Shown here: positions 24,831-49,420 of the stretch, one piece after another
Position numbering within the stretch: position 1 is the stretch's first letter
Layout: each line of letters starts with the position of its first letter
NCBI RefSeq assembly: GCF_018350175.1
Contig: NC_058368.1
Location: 91,142,001 to 91,206,000, forward strand
DNA: 64,000 nt
From: Felis catus
Taxonomy: Eukaryota
Direction of reading: 5' to 3'
Position numbers and translations under genes: made by a program
The notes under the pieces: model-generated
Databases searched by the model: none
Seen by the model: the letters and a program-made list of their open reading frames with translations, nothing else
Told to the model about the DNA's origin: nothing

Positions 24831-25730
24831 GTGGAGAGAGAGAGAGAGAGATTGAGAAAGATTTACTTTAAGGAATGGCTCACACAGTTATGCAGACTGA
24901 CAAGTCAAAAATCTATAGAATGGATCAGCATGCTGGAAACCCAGGAAGAGCCAATGTTGCATTTCAAGTGTGAAGGCCATCTACTGGTCAGTCTTTTGTT
25001 CTGTTCAGGCTTTCAGTTGATTGCATGAGGGCCACCACATTATGGAGGAGAATATGCTTTACTCAATGTCCACCAGTTTGAATCTCATCCAAAAAATACT
25101 CTCACAGAAACATCCAGAATAATGTTTGACCCACCCAAGTTGACATATAAAATTATCCATCACAAATCCACCCCTTTGTCACCTTGGGACCCATTTGCAT
25201 CTCTTTAAATCATACTTAATCTTCAAATAAAGATAATAACAAGATCATACTTCTATCCACCAAATGTGACGCATCTATCCCTCAAACCAAAAATGTGCTA
25301 ATCTCTCCCCAGAAGAAGAGGTAACGTCCTTAAGTGATGAATATTCTTCTTCTTGGTATCTGTAACTAAAATACAATGATACAAAGGAAAAAATGCTTAA
25401 ATACTATGGTATAAAGTCAACAAATCTTCTCTTACATTAAGGGAATAAGAAGGAAGAAAACAAAGCTTTATAAACAAACATGTTCATAACACAAAAAATG
25501 AACTCATGATAATTACAATCCTTGTTTGTATAACTGGTCACATGGTTGTAGCTGATATTTATAACTACCTTCTTCCACTATCCATTTTATATTCCCTTTT
25601 CCATCAGCAAGCACATCAGCTGGTCATGGTTCTTAATCCAGTGACCCTGAAGGGTCTGGGTCATCCATTAACAGTCTTATCTGGATTGAATTGTTTTCCT
25701 TTGGTGATAGTTACAGGTCATTCATAGTGC
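24755..25730 (-). mobile_element. MLT2 LTR (~24755-25164) plus ERV-L internal 3' end, opposite orientation
   Basis: tgtattagtcagggttctcc...acagaaccaat...caagttgacatataaaattatccatcaca followed by aatccacccctt (reverse polypurine tract). Confidence 0.8.
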
Positions 25731-25739
25731 CAGGCAACC

Positions 25740-26345
25740 ACCAGCTCTATATAGTTTCAAAACATCTGATTCATCTCCAAAGAAAACTCTTTTTTCAATT
25801 TTTTTTTTTTTAGAGAGAGAGAGCACGCACAGTGGGGGGAGAGGAGCAGAGAGAGAGAGGGAGAATCCTAAGCAGGCTTCATGCTCAGCATGGACCCTGA
25901 CGTGGGGCTCAATCCCATGACCCTGGGATCATGACCTGAGCCAAAATCAAGAGTCAGATGCTCAACCGACTGAGCTACCCAGACGCCCCAAGAAAACTCT
26001 TTACCCATTAAGCAGTTACTCCCTCAATCCTTCCTCCCCCACCCAAACCCAGGGCTCAGCAACCACAAATGTGTGCTTTCTCTCTGTAAATTCACCTATT
26101 TTGGATATTTCACGTAAATGCAGTTATGTAGCCTGTCACCTTTTGTGGCTAGTCTCTTTCACTTAGAATAATGTCTTTGAAGTTTATCTACATGGTAGCA
26201 TGTGTCAGTACATCATTCCTTTTATGATGAATGATATTCCGTTGCCTGAATATATCATAATTTGTTTATTCAAGCACCCCTTGATGGACTTTTGGGTTGT
26301 TTCTAACAACAAAATGCTGCGATGAGCATTTGTGTATAAGGATTT
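25740..26345 (-). mobile_element. L1MB-like 3' end relic
   Basis: ttacccattaagcagttactccc...ttttggatatttcacgtaaatg...ttcacttagaataatgtctttgaag. Confidence 0.65.
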
Positions 26346-29299
26346 GTGAGGGGGGCAGGTGGGGAGGCCAGGCCAGGTCTGGCTGCAGTGGAATGGGAGG
26401 CTTCTAAAGGCACACACACCTCACATGTGTCCACACAGGACATTCAGGGAGGGCTCAGGGGGATATCCTTAGGTACAGATGACCATGCCTTTCAACATCC
26501 TTGAATCAGAGACCATGCCAGACATGTCGTTTCTCACACAAACCACGTCCCCCACTCTTTCAACAAAGGGGAAGGTGGAATATGTATAGCAACCCAAACC
26601 AGGGATCAGAAGCTTTGAAGCTAGCCATTAAATGAACCTGAGGACATATAGTTTTACATTTTTTAATGTTTATTTTTTAAAGATTTTTTAAATGTTTATT
26701 TATTTTTAAGCGGGGGGGGGGGGGGGGTGGGGTGGGGAGAGAGAGCAGGGGAGGGGCAGAGAGAGAGGAAGGCACAGAATCTGAAGCAGGCTCCAGGCTC
26801 CAAGCTGTTGGCATAGAGCCCAATGTGAGGCTCGAACTCATGGACTGTGAAATCATGACCGAAGCTGAAATCGAAAGCTTAACTGACTGAGCCACCCAGG
26901 CACCCCTAATGTTTATATAATTTGAGATAGAGAGTGTGAGCGGGAGAGGGGCAGAGAGAGAGGGAGACACAGAATCCGAAGCAGGCTCCAGGCTCTCAGC
27001 TGTCAAGCACAGAGCCTGACTTGGGGCTCGAACTCACGAACCTTAAGATCGTGACCTGAACCTCAAGATTATGACCTGAGCCAAAGTTGGACACTTAACA
27101 GTCTGAGCCACCCAGGCACCCTGATAATTGTAAATGAATTTTGCAATAAAAGTCATCTGGTTGTTAAATTGGAAGGTAGTCTAAATATAAGCATAAACAT
27201 AAGTATATAACCTTCCAACAAACTGATATCAGCAGCCCTGGGCTTTAAATTCCATGTAATTTTGTCAGTTGAAATACTGGAGCTGAAATTATGGAATTTC
27301 ATAATTTACTCCAAAGTAAAAGTTGTTGAGCTTTTACCAGGGTTGTCTGAGGAGTCCCTTGTCTCCCCTGCTGTGTGGCCTTGGGGGAGTCACTGTACCT
27401 CTCTGGCTCCATTGTGTCATCTGTGCAAGGGGAGCAATGACCCTTTGCCACTGCATGGGGCTAAATTAATTACAATGGATTTTCCTTTCTTCCTCAAGCC
27501 TGGTTTCTTGGCCACCCCCTCCTAAGCCTCCTGTCTTCTGTTTTCCCTCCTAATGTTGGGGGGCCTCGGGCTCCGTCCTCACCCTCTGTCCACATCCTCT
27601 GCCCAGGTGAGCACATCATTCCATGGCCTTGGATACCACACTCACTGATGGCATCTCAGCTCTATCTCCCACCCTGGCTTCTTCCCTCAATTCCAGACTC
27701 ATGAAATCCAACCAACTGAATGAGATTCTCGGCTTTCCTGTGTCCCAAACTGAATTCTTGATTTCTGCCCTCCAGGGACCTGATCTGCCCCGGTCTGGGT
27801 CCTGACATTCTACTGCTACTCTGAATGCTACTGCCTCCTCCCAGGTGCTCCAGCCGTGACGCCTTCATCTTCCTCACCCTCAGAGCCAGTTCTTGCCCAT
27901 GCCTGGAGCCCATCCACTCCCCTTCCCTTCCACCCCCAGCGGCCTGGCCACAGACCCTCTCACCTCCCTCTGCACCACCGTGAGGGCTCTGTCCCAATTA
28001 CTGATGGTCTATCCTGCACTCTGGAGCCAGTGGGATGCTCTGACCCTGTGATTCCAGAACCTGCTTTGTGACACCTGCTATGGCCTGGTCTGTCCCGTTC
28101 TCAGCAGAGAAGGGCTGTGAGGGACTGTGTGAGCCTGGCCGAGCCACCACAAACACCCAGTTTGTATGGACCTTTGCAGCGTCAAGTTTGGGGCCTGTCA
28201 CCAGCGAAGTGCTCCATCCTTCCCAAGTTATAAAATGGGTAAAGGCAGAGCCAGATCCAGGCCTCCTGACTCCCAGCCTCCGCCAAGAAGAGGTGCCTGG
28301 ACAGCTCCAGGCAGGGCCCTTGGATGTGGTGGGGGAAGGGAGAAGGGTGACAAGGCCTCTGCTCATTCCCTCTGTCAGCTTTGCCCAAATCCCTGTATCC
28401 CCAAAGCCTAATCCACCCTGACTAATGGAGCCCAAGCCGGCTCAAGCCCCATGGGATGAGCCTGAAAATCCCTGGGGCTAGGAGCTTACCACCTGTCCCC
28501 AGCCTGCCCTCTGCTCTCTCTCTCTCTCTCTCTGGATCAGAGAGCCAGATCCGGGGCCTCAGACAGGGATGATGGTAAAAGTATATTGAGGCTAAAACCC
28601 CCTCACCTTGGCCCTCAACCATGAGATGGGGAAATTCAAGTACAGAGAGCCTCACACCATGTGTGTGTCACTGCTTCAGACCCCAGAGCCCAGGAAGGCT
28701 TTGGACATGACCAAAAGAACAGGTCTTTAGGGTTCCTCCATCAGATGCAAGAGGTTGGGACAGGAGCTGCTGGGCTAGCTGGTGCTGTCCCCGACCCCCA
28801 TCCAAGGCAGAGGCAGTGTGGGCTTGTAGTTTCATACCAACCTGAGTGCAAATCCTGATGCTGGCCCACACCAAGTGTGTGACCTTGGATGAGTCACCTA
28901 ATTCCTTGAGGTTTCTATTTTCCCATCTGCCTAATGGGGCTGATGGTAAAAGTCTTTGTCAGGTGGTTGTGTGTGTGTTAGGCAGAGGTCTTGCTAATGT
29001 TAAAGGTCTGCTTGCTGGTGGTCCCTTCGTGACCAGTCGTGTTCTTGCTCATTCAGCTCCTTTCTCCCTCCACTCCCAAGTGTACTGCAGGGTTTGGGGG
29101 AGTGCCTTAGGCAGCTGGAGCCAAGGCACTGGAGGCTAGGAAAGAGAGGAAGAGAGGGACAAAGAAAGAAAGAGAAATTGAGACAGACAGGGAAGAGAGA
29201 AGGCGGGGGAAGGGGTTGGGGCAGCAGGGGGAGAAGAGAGCCTGAGACAGAGACAGAGAAACAAAAAAAAGAGACAGAGAAGGACAGTGTGTGTGTCAG

Positions 29300-29542
29300 A
29301 GACAGCCAGAGAGAGGTTGGGGTGAGACACACATCCAAAGAGAGGAGAGAAGCAAATCCAGGGAGTAGGAGAGGAAGGGAAAGGAGATGTAGAGAGAGGC
29401 AATTCTGTGCACACCCCATACACAGGAGGGGTCTCCACCCTCAGGGCGGCCTCATCCCTTCCCCAGAATCCTTAAATCCTCTCTCACTCTGGGCCCTGTG
29501 CATCTGTCACAGCCCTGTCCTGACCAACAGCGGTTGGCACAG
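29300..29542 (+). promoter_or_regulatory. GRM6: GRM6 proximal promoter and short non-coding exon 1 (ends 29542)
   Basis: TATA-like TTAAAT 29472-29477; strong donor CAG|gtgagt at 29542/29543; matching acceptor cctcctcccgcag| at 29896, 11 nt before the ATG. TSS inferred near 29500. Confidence 0.65.
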
Positions 29543-29907
29543 GTGAGTGTGGCTAGGGAGGGTGCCTAGTTGTGCGCTGGAGCTGGGTCCCTGAGGAACA
29601 GAGGCCCAGGGCTGTCGGGGAGGGGCACGCTGGCTCGGTGGAGACAGCGGTCGGGCGGGGGGACGCGTGTGATAACATTCAGAGGGTGTGAGAGCGCGGT
29701 GGAGACCTGGGAGGGCTGGGCGAATTGATAGCTCATTTCTTCCCCAACCCGCTCAGCCAACATTTATTGCGCGCCTCCCCTCTCCCCAGCACCCGGAACT
29801 CCTTCCCCTTCCCCGCGACCCGGGGTTCTCCCTCTGCCTAGCGCTCAGAGCGTTCCCCTGTTCTGTTCCCCTCCCCGCCCTGTCCTCCTCCCGCAGCTGG
29901 ACAGCGG

Positions 29908-43529
<13,622 letters not shown>

Positions 43530-44267
43530 TGAGTGGGGATGAGTGGGATGGTTGCTCCCTCTCTTCTGCTCTTTTCTTTCCCTTGCTTCACCATGGAAGC
43601 TGTGAAAAATCCAGGTCTGCAGTGAGCAGTTGGAGGCAGGGAGTCCACAAAGCCCATGCCCACTGGGATGGGGCTGGACTCCAGAAAGATCTGGACCCAC
43701 ACACCACACGTCATCCCTGCTTTTCTGTGCCTGTGGGCACCATATATCCTTGCTGCAGACCAGACTTTCTACTCATGGAGGGAAACAGCCACCACGAAGA
43801 TTCTACTCTAGGGAGTGACTGAACTTATGCTCCCTGGTCTGAGTTCAGAGAGCATGATGAAGCCCCAGGCTTGGCCCAGCGTGAGTGAGATTTCTACCCA
43901 CTTAGCCAGCAAAACCCAGGGATTGGGCAGTGTGCAAGAATGTGTAGATCTCACTGTGGAAATACAGGGCTGGATGCAGGGAGGAGCAGTTTCCACAAGA
44001 GACCCTGGGGGTCTGGGTTCCGGACTGAGTAACTCAGGCTTGGCAATGAGGGATGGAACCTTGGGTCAGAGCCCAGAGAGCGAGAATGCGATGTGAGAGT
44101 GAGAACTGAGACGTACCCCATGAGGTTACATGTGTTGAGGTCTTTTTCTCAGAACCTTCGCCCCTGGGATCTGGGACATGTCACACTTAGGAGTATAGCT
44201 TTTTGCCTTTCCCATGCATATGCCCTCAAATGACCCCCAAACCCTCGTGTGGTGTTAGTGGTGTGAG

Positions 44268-44273
44268 AATAAA
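44268..44273 (+). terminator. Candidate proximal poly(A) signal of GRM6
   Basis: AATAAA ~740 nt after the stop, followed by GT-rich sequence. Further AATAAA at 45768 and ~46615 could give longer UTRs. Confidence 0.45.
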
Positions 44274-44679
44274 ACGACAGGGTGGTGGTTGCCCTCTTCT
44301 GATGCCTGTGAGAGATTGTGGTCAGGAGCCTCAGGCTGGGGCCAGTGACAGAGAGCTGTGTCCATGGTGACGATTAATTCCAGGTAGACATCTTAGGATG
44401 AATATTGAAACTTTTATCTCCCAATATTTACTGGGAGGTCCCTTTTGAAAGGCAAACACAGGGCATGGGAGGGAAATGCTTGGACATCAGATGCATGGAC
44501 ATTCATTTTTCAGTATTTTTTTTTTTTTTTTTACCAAAAGGTTGGTTTCAGTTGTGGAATTGTATTTCCCTGTGGCACGATTTAAATTTGTTAAATTGAC
44601 TCTTTTCATTTATCAGTTTGAATTCTCTAGTAGCTGATGTCTGGAACTGATTCTGAAGATCAACCCCACTTCATACAAC

Positions 44680-46069
44680 AAAAAAGACTGTTTCCTACAC
44701 TGAGTCTCTGTTGTGTACTAAATTGTGACCTTGGGACTAGGTCTGATTCCTTAAATTAAATTAATAGGCCTTCTCCACAAAGTAACATTTTTGGTGTACA
44801 GATTCTCCATCCTCACGTTTTTGCATTCCTATGGTCTCTCCACCATGTGAATTAGGAAGTTTTATTTATCTCTCAGTGCTTTCCAAAATTCACTATCTCA
44901 TCGGGCTTCCTTCCTGTGTGGATTTTCTTTCGTATAACGTGATGAGGTGTGTTTTCTTGCTGAAGGCTTTTCCACACTAGTGGTTTTATGGGGTTTTCCT
45001 CCTATATGAACTCACAGAGAGTCAGTGAGCTCTGATATCCAAAGGCAGGTGTCCCTGTGTGTTTTTCCCAGTGTTTCTCCCTGATGTACAATTCCTGTTG
45101 ACTTCTAGTTGAAAACGTTTCCATATATATATATTTTTTACATAGTTGTGGTTTTCCCCACTCGGCGCTCTGGGACTTAGAGTTTGGATGATTTCTTAGT
45201 AGAAATTTTCTAAATTTAGAAGATTTTCCTCCAGTGTGAAGCTTCTGCCTTAGAGCCCTGGCTTCCTACTGAAGACTTTCACACAGTCCCCACACTCATT
45301 CATACCCATCTCTCTGGTGTAAATGGTGTGAAAGCTTTGTTACACAGCAGGTTCTGGTACCTTCTTACAGGAATCTCACATTCAGTCCACGTGTAGATGA
45401 CTTCCAAGCATGCGCCATTTTGTGTGCGGTGTGGACCCCTCTGGTACTAAAGGTGTTGTTACATGTGGCACGCTTGTGAGGTTCCTCTCCTTTATGAATT
45501 CTTTAATGTATTAAAAAGTTTTGACTCCCAGAAGAAGGCTTTTCTTCAATCAGTGTGTACATACGATCTCTGTCTTTGATCATCCAAACATTTGATGTTC
45601 AGTGGGGGGCTGACAACTTCCTGAAGGTTTCCCCATGCCATGTACATGCATAGTTTTGCCTTCTCTGAGGTTCAACCAGTTGAAACCTTTTAAAAAGGTT
45701 TGTTGTTGTTGTTTTCAAATTTCTGGAATTTATAAGGCATTCTGTCTGTGTTGTTTCTTTTATGCTGAATAAAAACTGGACTATATTTGTAGGCTTTCTC
45801 ATATTCGTTGCCCTTGAATGATTTCTCCCCCATATGAATTATGTGTTCCAGTGAAAATGGGGCTCTGGATTGGAGGCTTTCCCACATTAGAATCACAATA
45901 TTTTTCTCCACTACAAGTTCTCTAAAGCAGAGGAAGATTACATTTTGATAAAAACTTTTACTCACCTATTCATAAGGTTATCACCTGTGTCCAACGTATT
46001 GAGATTTGTATAAGCAGGCCCTCTCTTATATTAACTATATTCTTTTTAAAAATTTTTAAATGTTTATTT

Positions 46070-46102
<33 letters not shown>

Positions 46103-46710
46103 CAAGTGGGGGAGGGGCAGAGAGAGAGAGAGAGAGAGAGAGAGACTGAGAGAGAGAGACAGAATCTATAGCAGGTTCCAGGCTCTGAGTTGTCAGCACA
46201 GAGCCCAACGCAGGGCTAGAACCCACGAATCATGAGATCACAACCTGAGCTGGTCAGATGCCTAACCGACTGAGCCACCCAGACGCTCCTAATGTCTTTT
46301 CACTGGTGTGAAAGGGCCTTAAGGAGGGAAACAAGCTGCCCCTGACACTGTAGACTTCTTTCAGTTGGCTTTCACATCTAGAAATTTTACAGTGTCAAGG
46401 TTCAGACTTCTTTTGGATACATCTATTACATTTACTATATAGCTCTGTTGCATTTATTAACATTCTGTGCTCTTTGGAAAAGTCCCACCAATTCATTTAC
46501 ATTCATTGTCTCTCACTCAGTGACTTCTTGTTGAATAACTTTCCCCAAAAGTCTGACTTGGGTTCTCTGCTGCTTTTTAATGTAGTTACCAATTTGCAAG
46601 ACTCCCCTAAACTGGAATAAAATGCACAATTGCAGTGAATCTTTCCACCATCATTTTATAGAATGAAACCTCTTCAGAAATATTCTGCTATATTGACACC
46701 TTTTTTTTTT
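44680..46710 (-). pseudogene. Decayed KRAB-ZNF terminal exon (spacer plus many broken C2H2 fingers), interrupted by a CanSINE at ~46045-46290
   Basis: Minus-strand relics: QNISEEVSFYKMMVERFT (spacer, ~46690-46635), HIIHMGEKSFKGNEYEKAY, YACTWHGETFR, NECGDCVKVF (45300-45271), LHTGGK, CGKAFSKKTHL...IHTGRKP, IHMVERP*EC. Many stops and frameshifts. Acceptor-like tttttcatatttag at 46712-46711. Confidence 0.8.
46337..46414. repeat. 78-bp hairpin-forming segment, copy 1
   Basis: 74/78 identical to 47388..47465; internal inverted repeat TGACACTGTA...TACAGTGTCA. Confidence 0.9.
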
Positions 46711-47387
46711 CTAAATATGAAAAACTCCCAAGTGTAAATATTTTCCATCTCTGGGCCTTGAGGAAGGAAACATGCTGCAGTGTGGACAGCTACAGAAGGC
46801 TCAGAGTTTCAGAGATGACCTTTCAGCCTGTGGAGCAAAAGGTGGGAACCAAGAAGGATACGGCTCTGAGAGGGGAAAGGCTGAGGGAAGACTTGGATGG
46901 GAAAGGCAGTTGAGGGTGTAGAGAGGCAGATTAGCGAAGGGACTGGGTTTAGACACTCTAAGCCTCATTGCTTCATTCATGGATTCCTGTGAAGGGATAC
47001 TAACTAGTCTCTGCTTGCTGTATCTTTCTCCTCCATCCTACACACCAATATCAAAATCACCATTTTGGGACACCAGCTCCCTACATTTATAGGAACGTTG
47101 CTATGGGCCCTGCCCTCTCCCAGCACATATATCTGCCTGCGATTCATGCTCATATTCGCCTGAAGACTCAGAAACGGAAATAGCGGGAAGGGCACAGGAG
47201 TCTGCCCCCACCTGCTGTTCACTGATATAATCTGGCAGACTAAGTATTATGAGGTTATTCTACCAGGGCTCTTGAATATTGAATTTACCCTTAGCATCAA
47301 CTTCTGAGTTGTTGTTGTTTTTTTTTTTTTTTTTTCTATTCTGATTTGCCAGACACGGACATTTTCCACAGTCCACAGACTTTGTCT

Positions 47388-47465
47388 TGCCCCTGACACT
47401 GTAGACTTCTTTCAGTCAGCTGTCACATCTAGAAATTGTACAGTGTCAAGGTTCAGACTTCTTTT
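47388..47465. repeat. 78-bp hairpin-forming segment, copy 2
   Basis: Direct repeat of 46337..46414. Confidence 0.9.
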
Positions 47466-48744
47466 TTAAAACATTTTTTTAAATGTTTATTTTTGAGACA
47501 GAGAGTGTGAGAGCAGAGGAGGGGCAGAGACAGAGAGAGACACAGAATTTGAAGCAGGCTCCAGGCTCTGAGCTGTCAGCAGTCAGCACAGAACCCGATG
47601 AGGGGCTCGAACGCACGAACTGCAAGATCATGACCTGAGCTGAAGTCGGACACTCAACCGACTGAGCCACCCAGGTGCCCCAAGACTTCTTGAGATCAAT
47701 CCCAGCTCTGCCACTTACTAGATGGGTGACCTTGCACCTGATGATTAGCCTCTCCCACAGTCACTGACAGCCAGTGTCCTTAATGACCCCTGTAGCGATG
47801 CCCAAATCATTGACCTCGTTTACCTGTGCTGACCCTCCCTGCCCTACCAGTCACTGCCCATGCAGACTCCACTCATTAAACAAACCCCTCAGCTGATCAA
47901 TCCCAAGACCCCATCTCAGATTCCCCTAAATAGCACACCTTCTTCAAGACAGCTCTCTAGAGAAATCTGCGCTGTATTTCCCTCATAAAAATACGAACTC
48001 TTCAACCAGCGCCTGGTGACAGATTTAGGTTTCTTCTAAGTCCGAGGGTTTTTTTGGGGGGGGAGGGGGAGGGGGGGCAGGGAGTCTTTTTTACATTAAA
48101 CAATAACTTCCTTTGAACTGTCCATGTGAAAATAAAGAACCATAGTTTCGAAGAAATAATAATAAAGTAACTTGCTTACTATGGTTGAGAAACTGAAGAT
48201 AAGCTTTGAAAATATCTTCTGTGAAGGGGATCACACTATAAAATGTGCTGATGCATCTTGAATGGAATAAAAGATGTGCTTTAGTTTTGACACGCAGTAT
48301 ATGGTCTCAGCTTTCTGCCAGTGGCAATGCTGCATTTTGTACATATTTTTGTTCTATGAGGTCAAGTTTGTTAACCATGCTGTTCAATTCTTTTATATTA
48401 TACTGACTTTTCATTCAATGACTTAAGAAAAAAAAACCCAGAAAAATGGCTAAAAGCCCATCATCACAAGGACATATGGACACACCCTTAAACAGGACAT
48501 AGCAATACCTCTTAAGCTCTACTCAGAGATGCTGGTTAGACTAGTTCAACAGTGAAGGAAAAGGATATGTACAAAGGACTGAAATACATCCTTAAAATTT
48601 TGGTCTAAAAGGTAAGATGTTGAGATGCCTGGGTGGCTCAGTCAGTTGAGCATCCGACTCTTGATTTCAGCTCAGGTCATGATCCCAGGGTCATGGGATT
48701 GAGCCCCGCATCAGGCTCTGCACTGAGCATTGAGCCTGCTTAGG

Positions 48745-48788
<44 letters not shown>

Positions 48789-48791
48789 ACA

Positions 48792-48832
<41 letters not shown>

Positions 48833-48946
48833 CCCCTCTCCTTTGCTCTCTCTCTCTCTTTGTCTCAAAAAAAAAATAATAGCATTTAAAATAAATAAAA
48901 GGTTAGGTGTAAGGAAGGACTCTTTAAATCTTCATTAAAATAGATG

Positions 48947-49168
48947 GGGCGCCTGGGTGGCGCAGTCGGTTAAGCGTCCGACTTCAGCCAGGTCACGATC
49001 TCACGGTCCGGGAGTTCAAGCCCCACATCAGGCTCTGGGCTGATGGCTCAGAGCCTGGAGCCTGTCTCCGATTCTGTGTCTCCCTCTCTCTCTGCCCCTC
49101 CCCCGTTCATGCTCTGTCTCTCTCTGTCCCAAAAATAAAATAAATGTTGAAAAAAAAATTTTTTTAAA
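48947..49168 (+). mobile_element. Young felid CanSINE
   Basis: Same subfamily diagnostic ctgggctgatggctcagag. Confidence 0.9.
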
Positions 49169-49385
49169 AAATAGAGAACTTTGAAAAGTTCATTGACATT
49201 CTTCCAAACATTAAAATCAAGTTCTAATTTATCCTCTTGAGTGAAGTGAAAGAAAATAAGATTTTGAGATAAGAAATTGCATTAGAAAAATATAAATTTT
49301 ATTGACTGGGTCAATCCATATTTTTAGAAGTCATATTAGTATCAAGCTATAGTAATTTCAAGTACTGGTTCATAGATCATAGACT

Positions 49386-49420
49386 ATCATTTCTTGACCT
49401 TTTGGCTAAGATCAAGTGTA
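49386..49420 (+). pseudogene. 3'-truncated U2 snRNA retrocopy (first 35 nt)
   Basis: atcatttcttgaccttttggctaagatcaagtgta versus U2 5' end ATCGCTTCTCGGCCTTTTGGCTAAGATCAAGTGTA; flanked by direct repeat agatcataga (49374-49383, 49422-49431) inside an old L1 relic. Confidence 0.85.
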
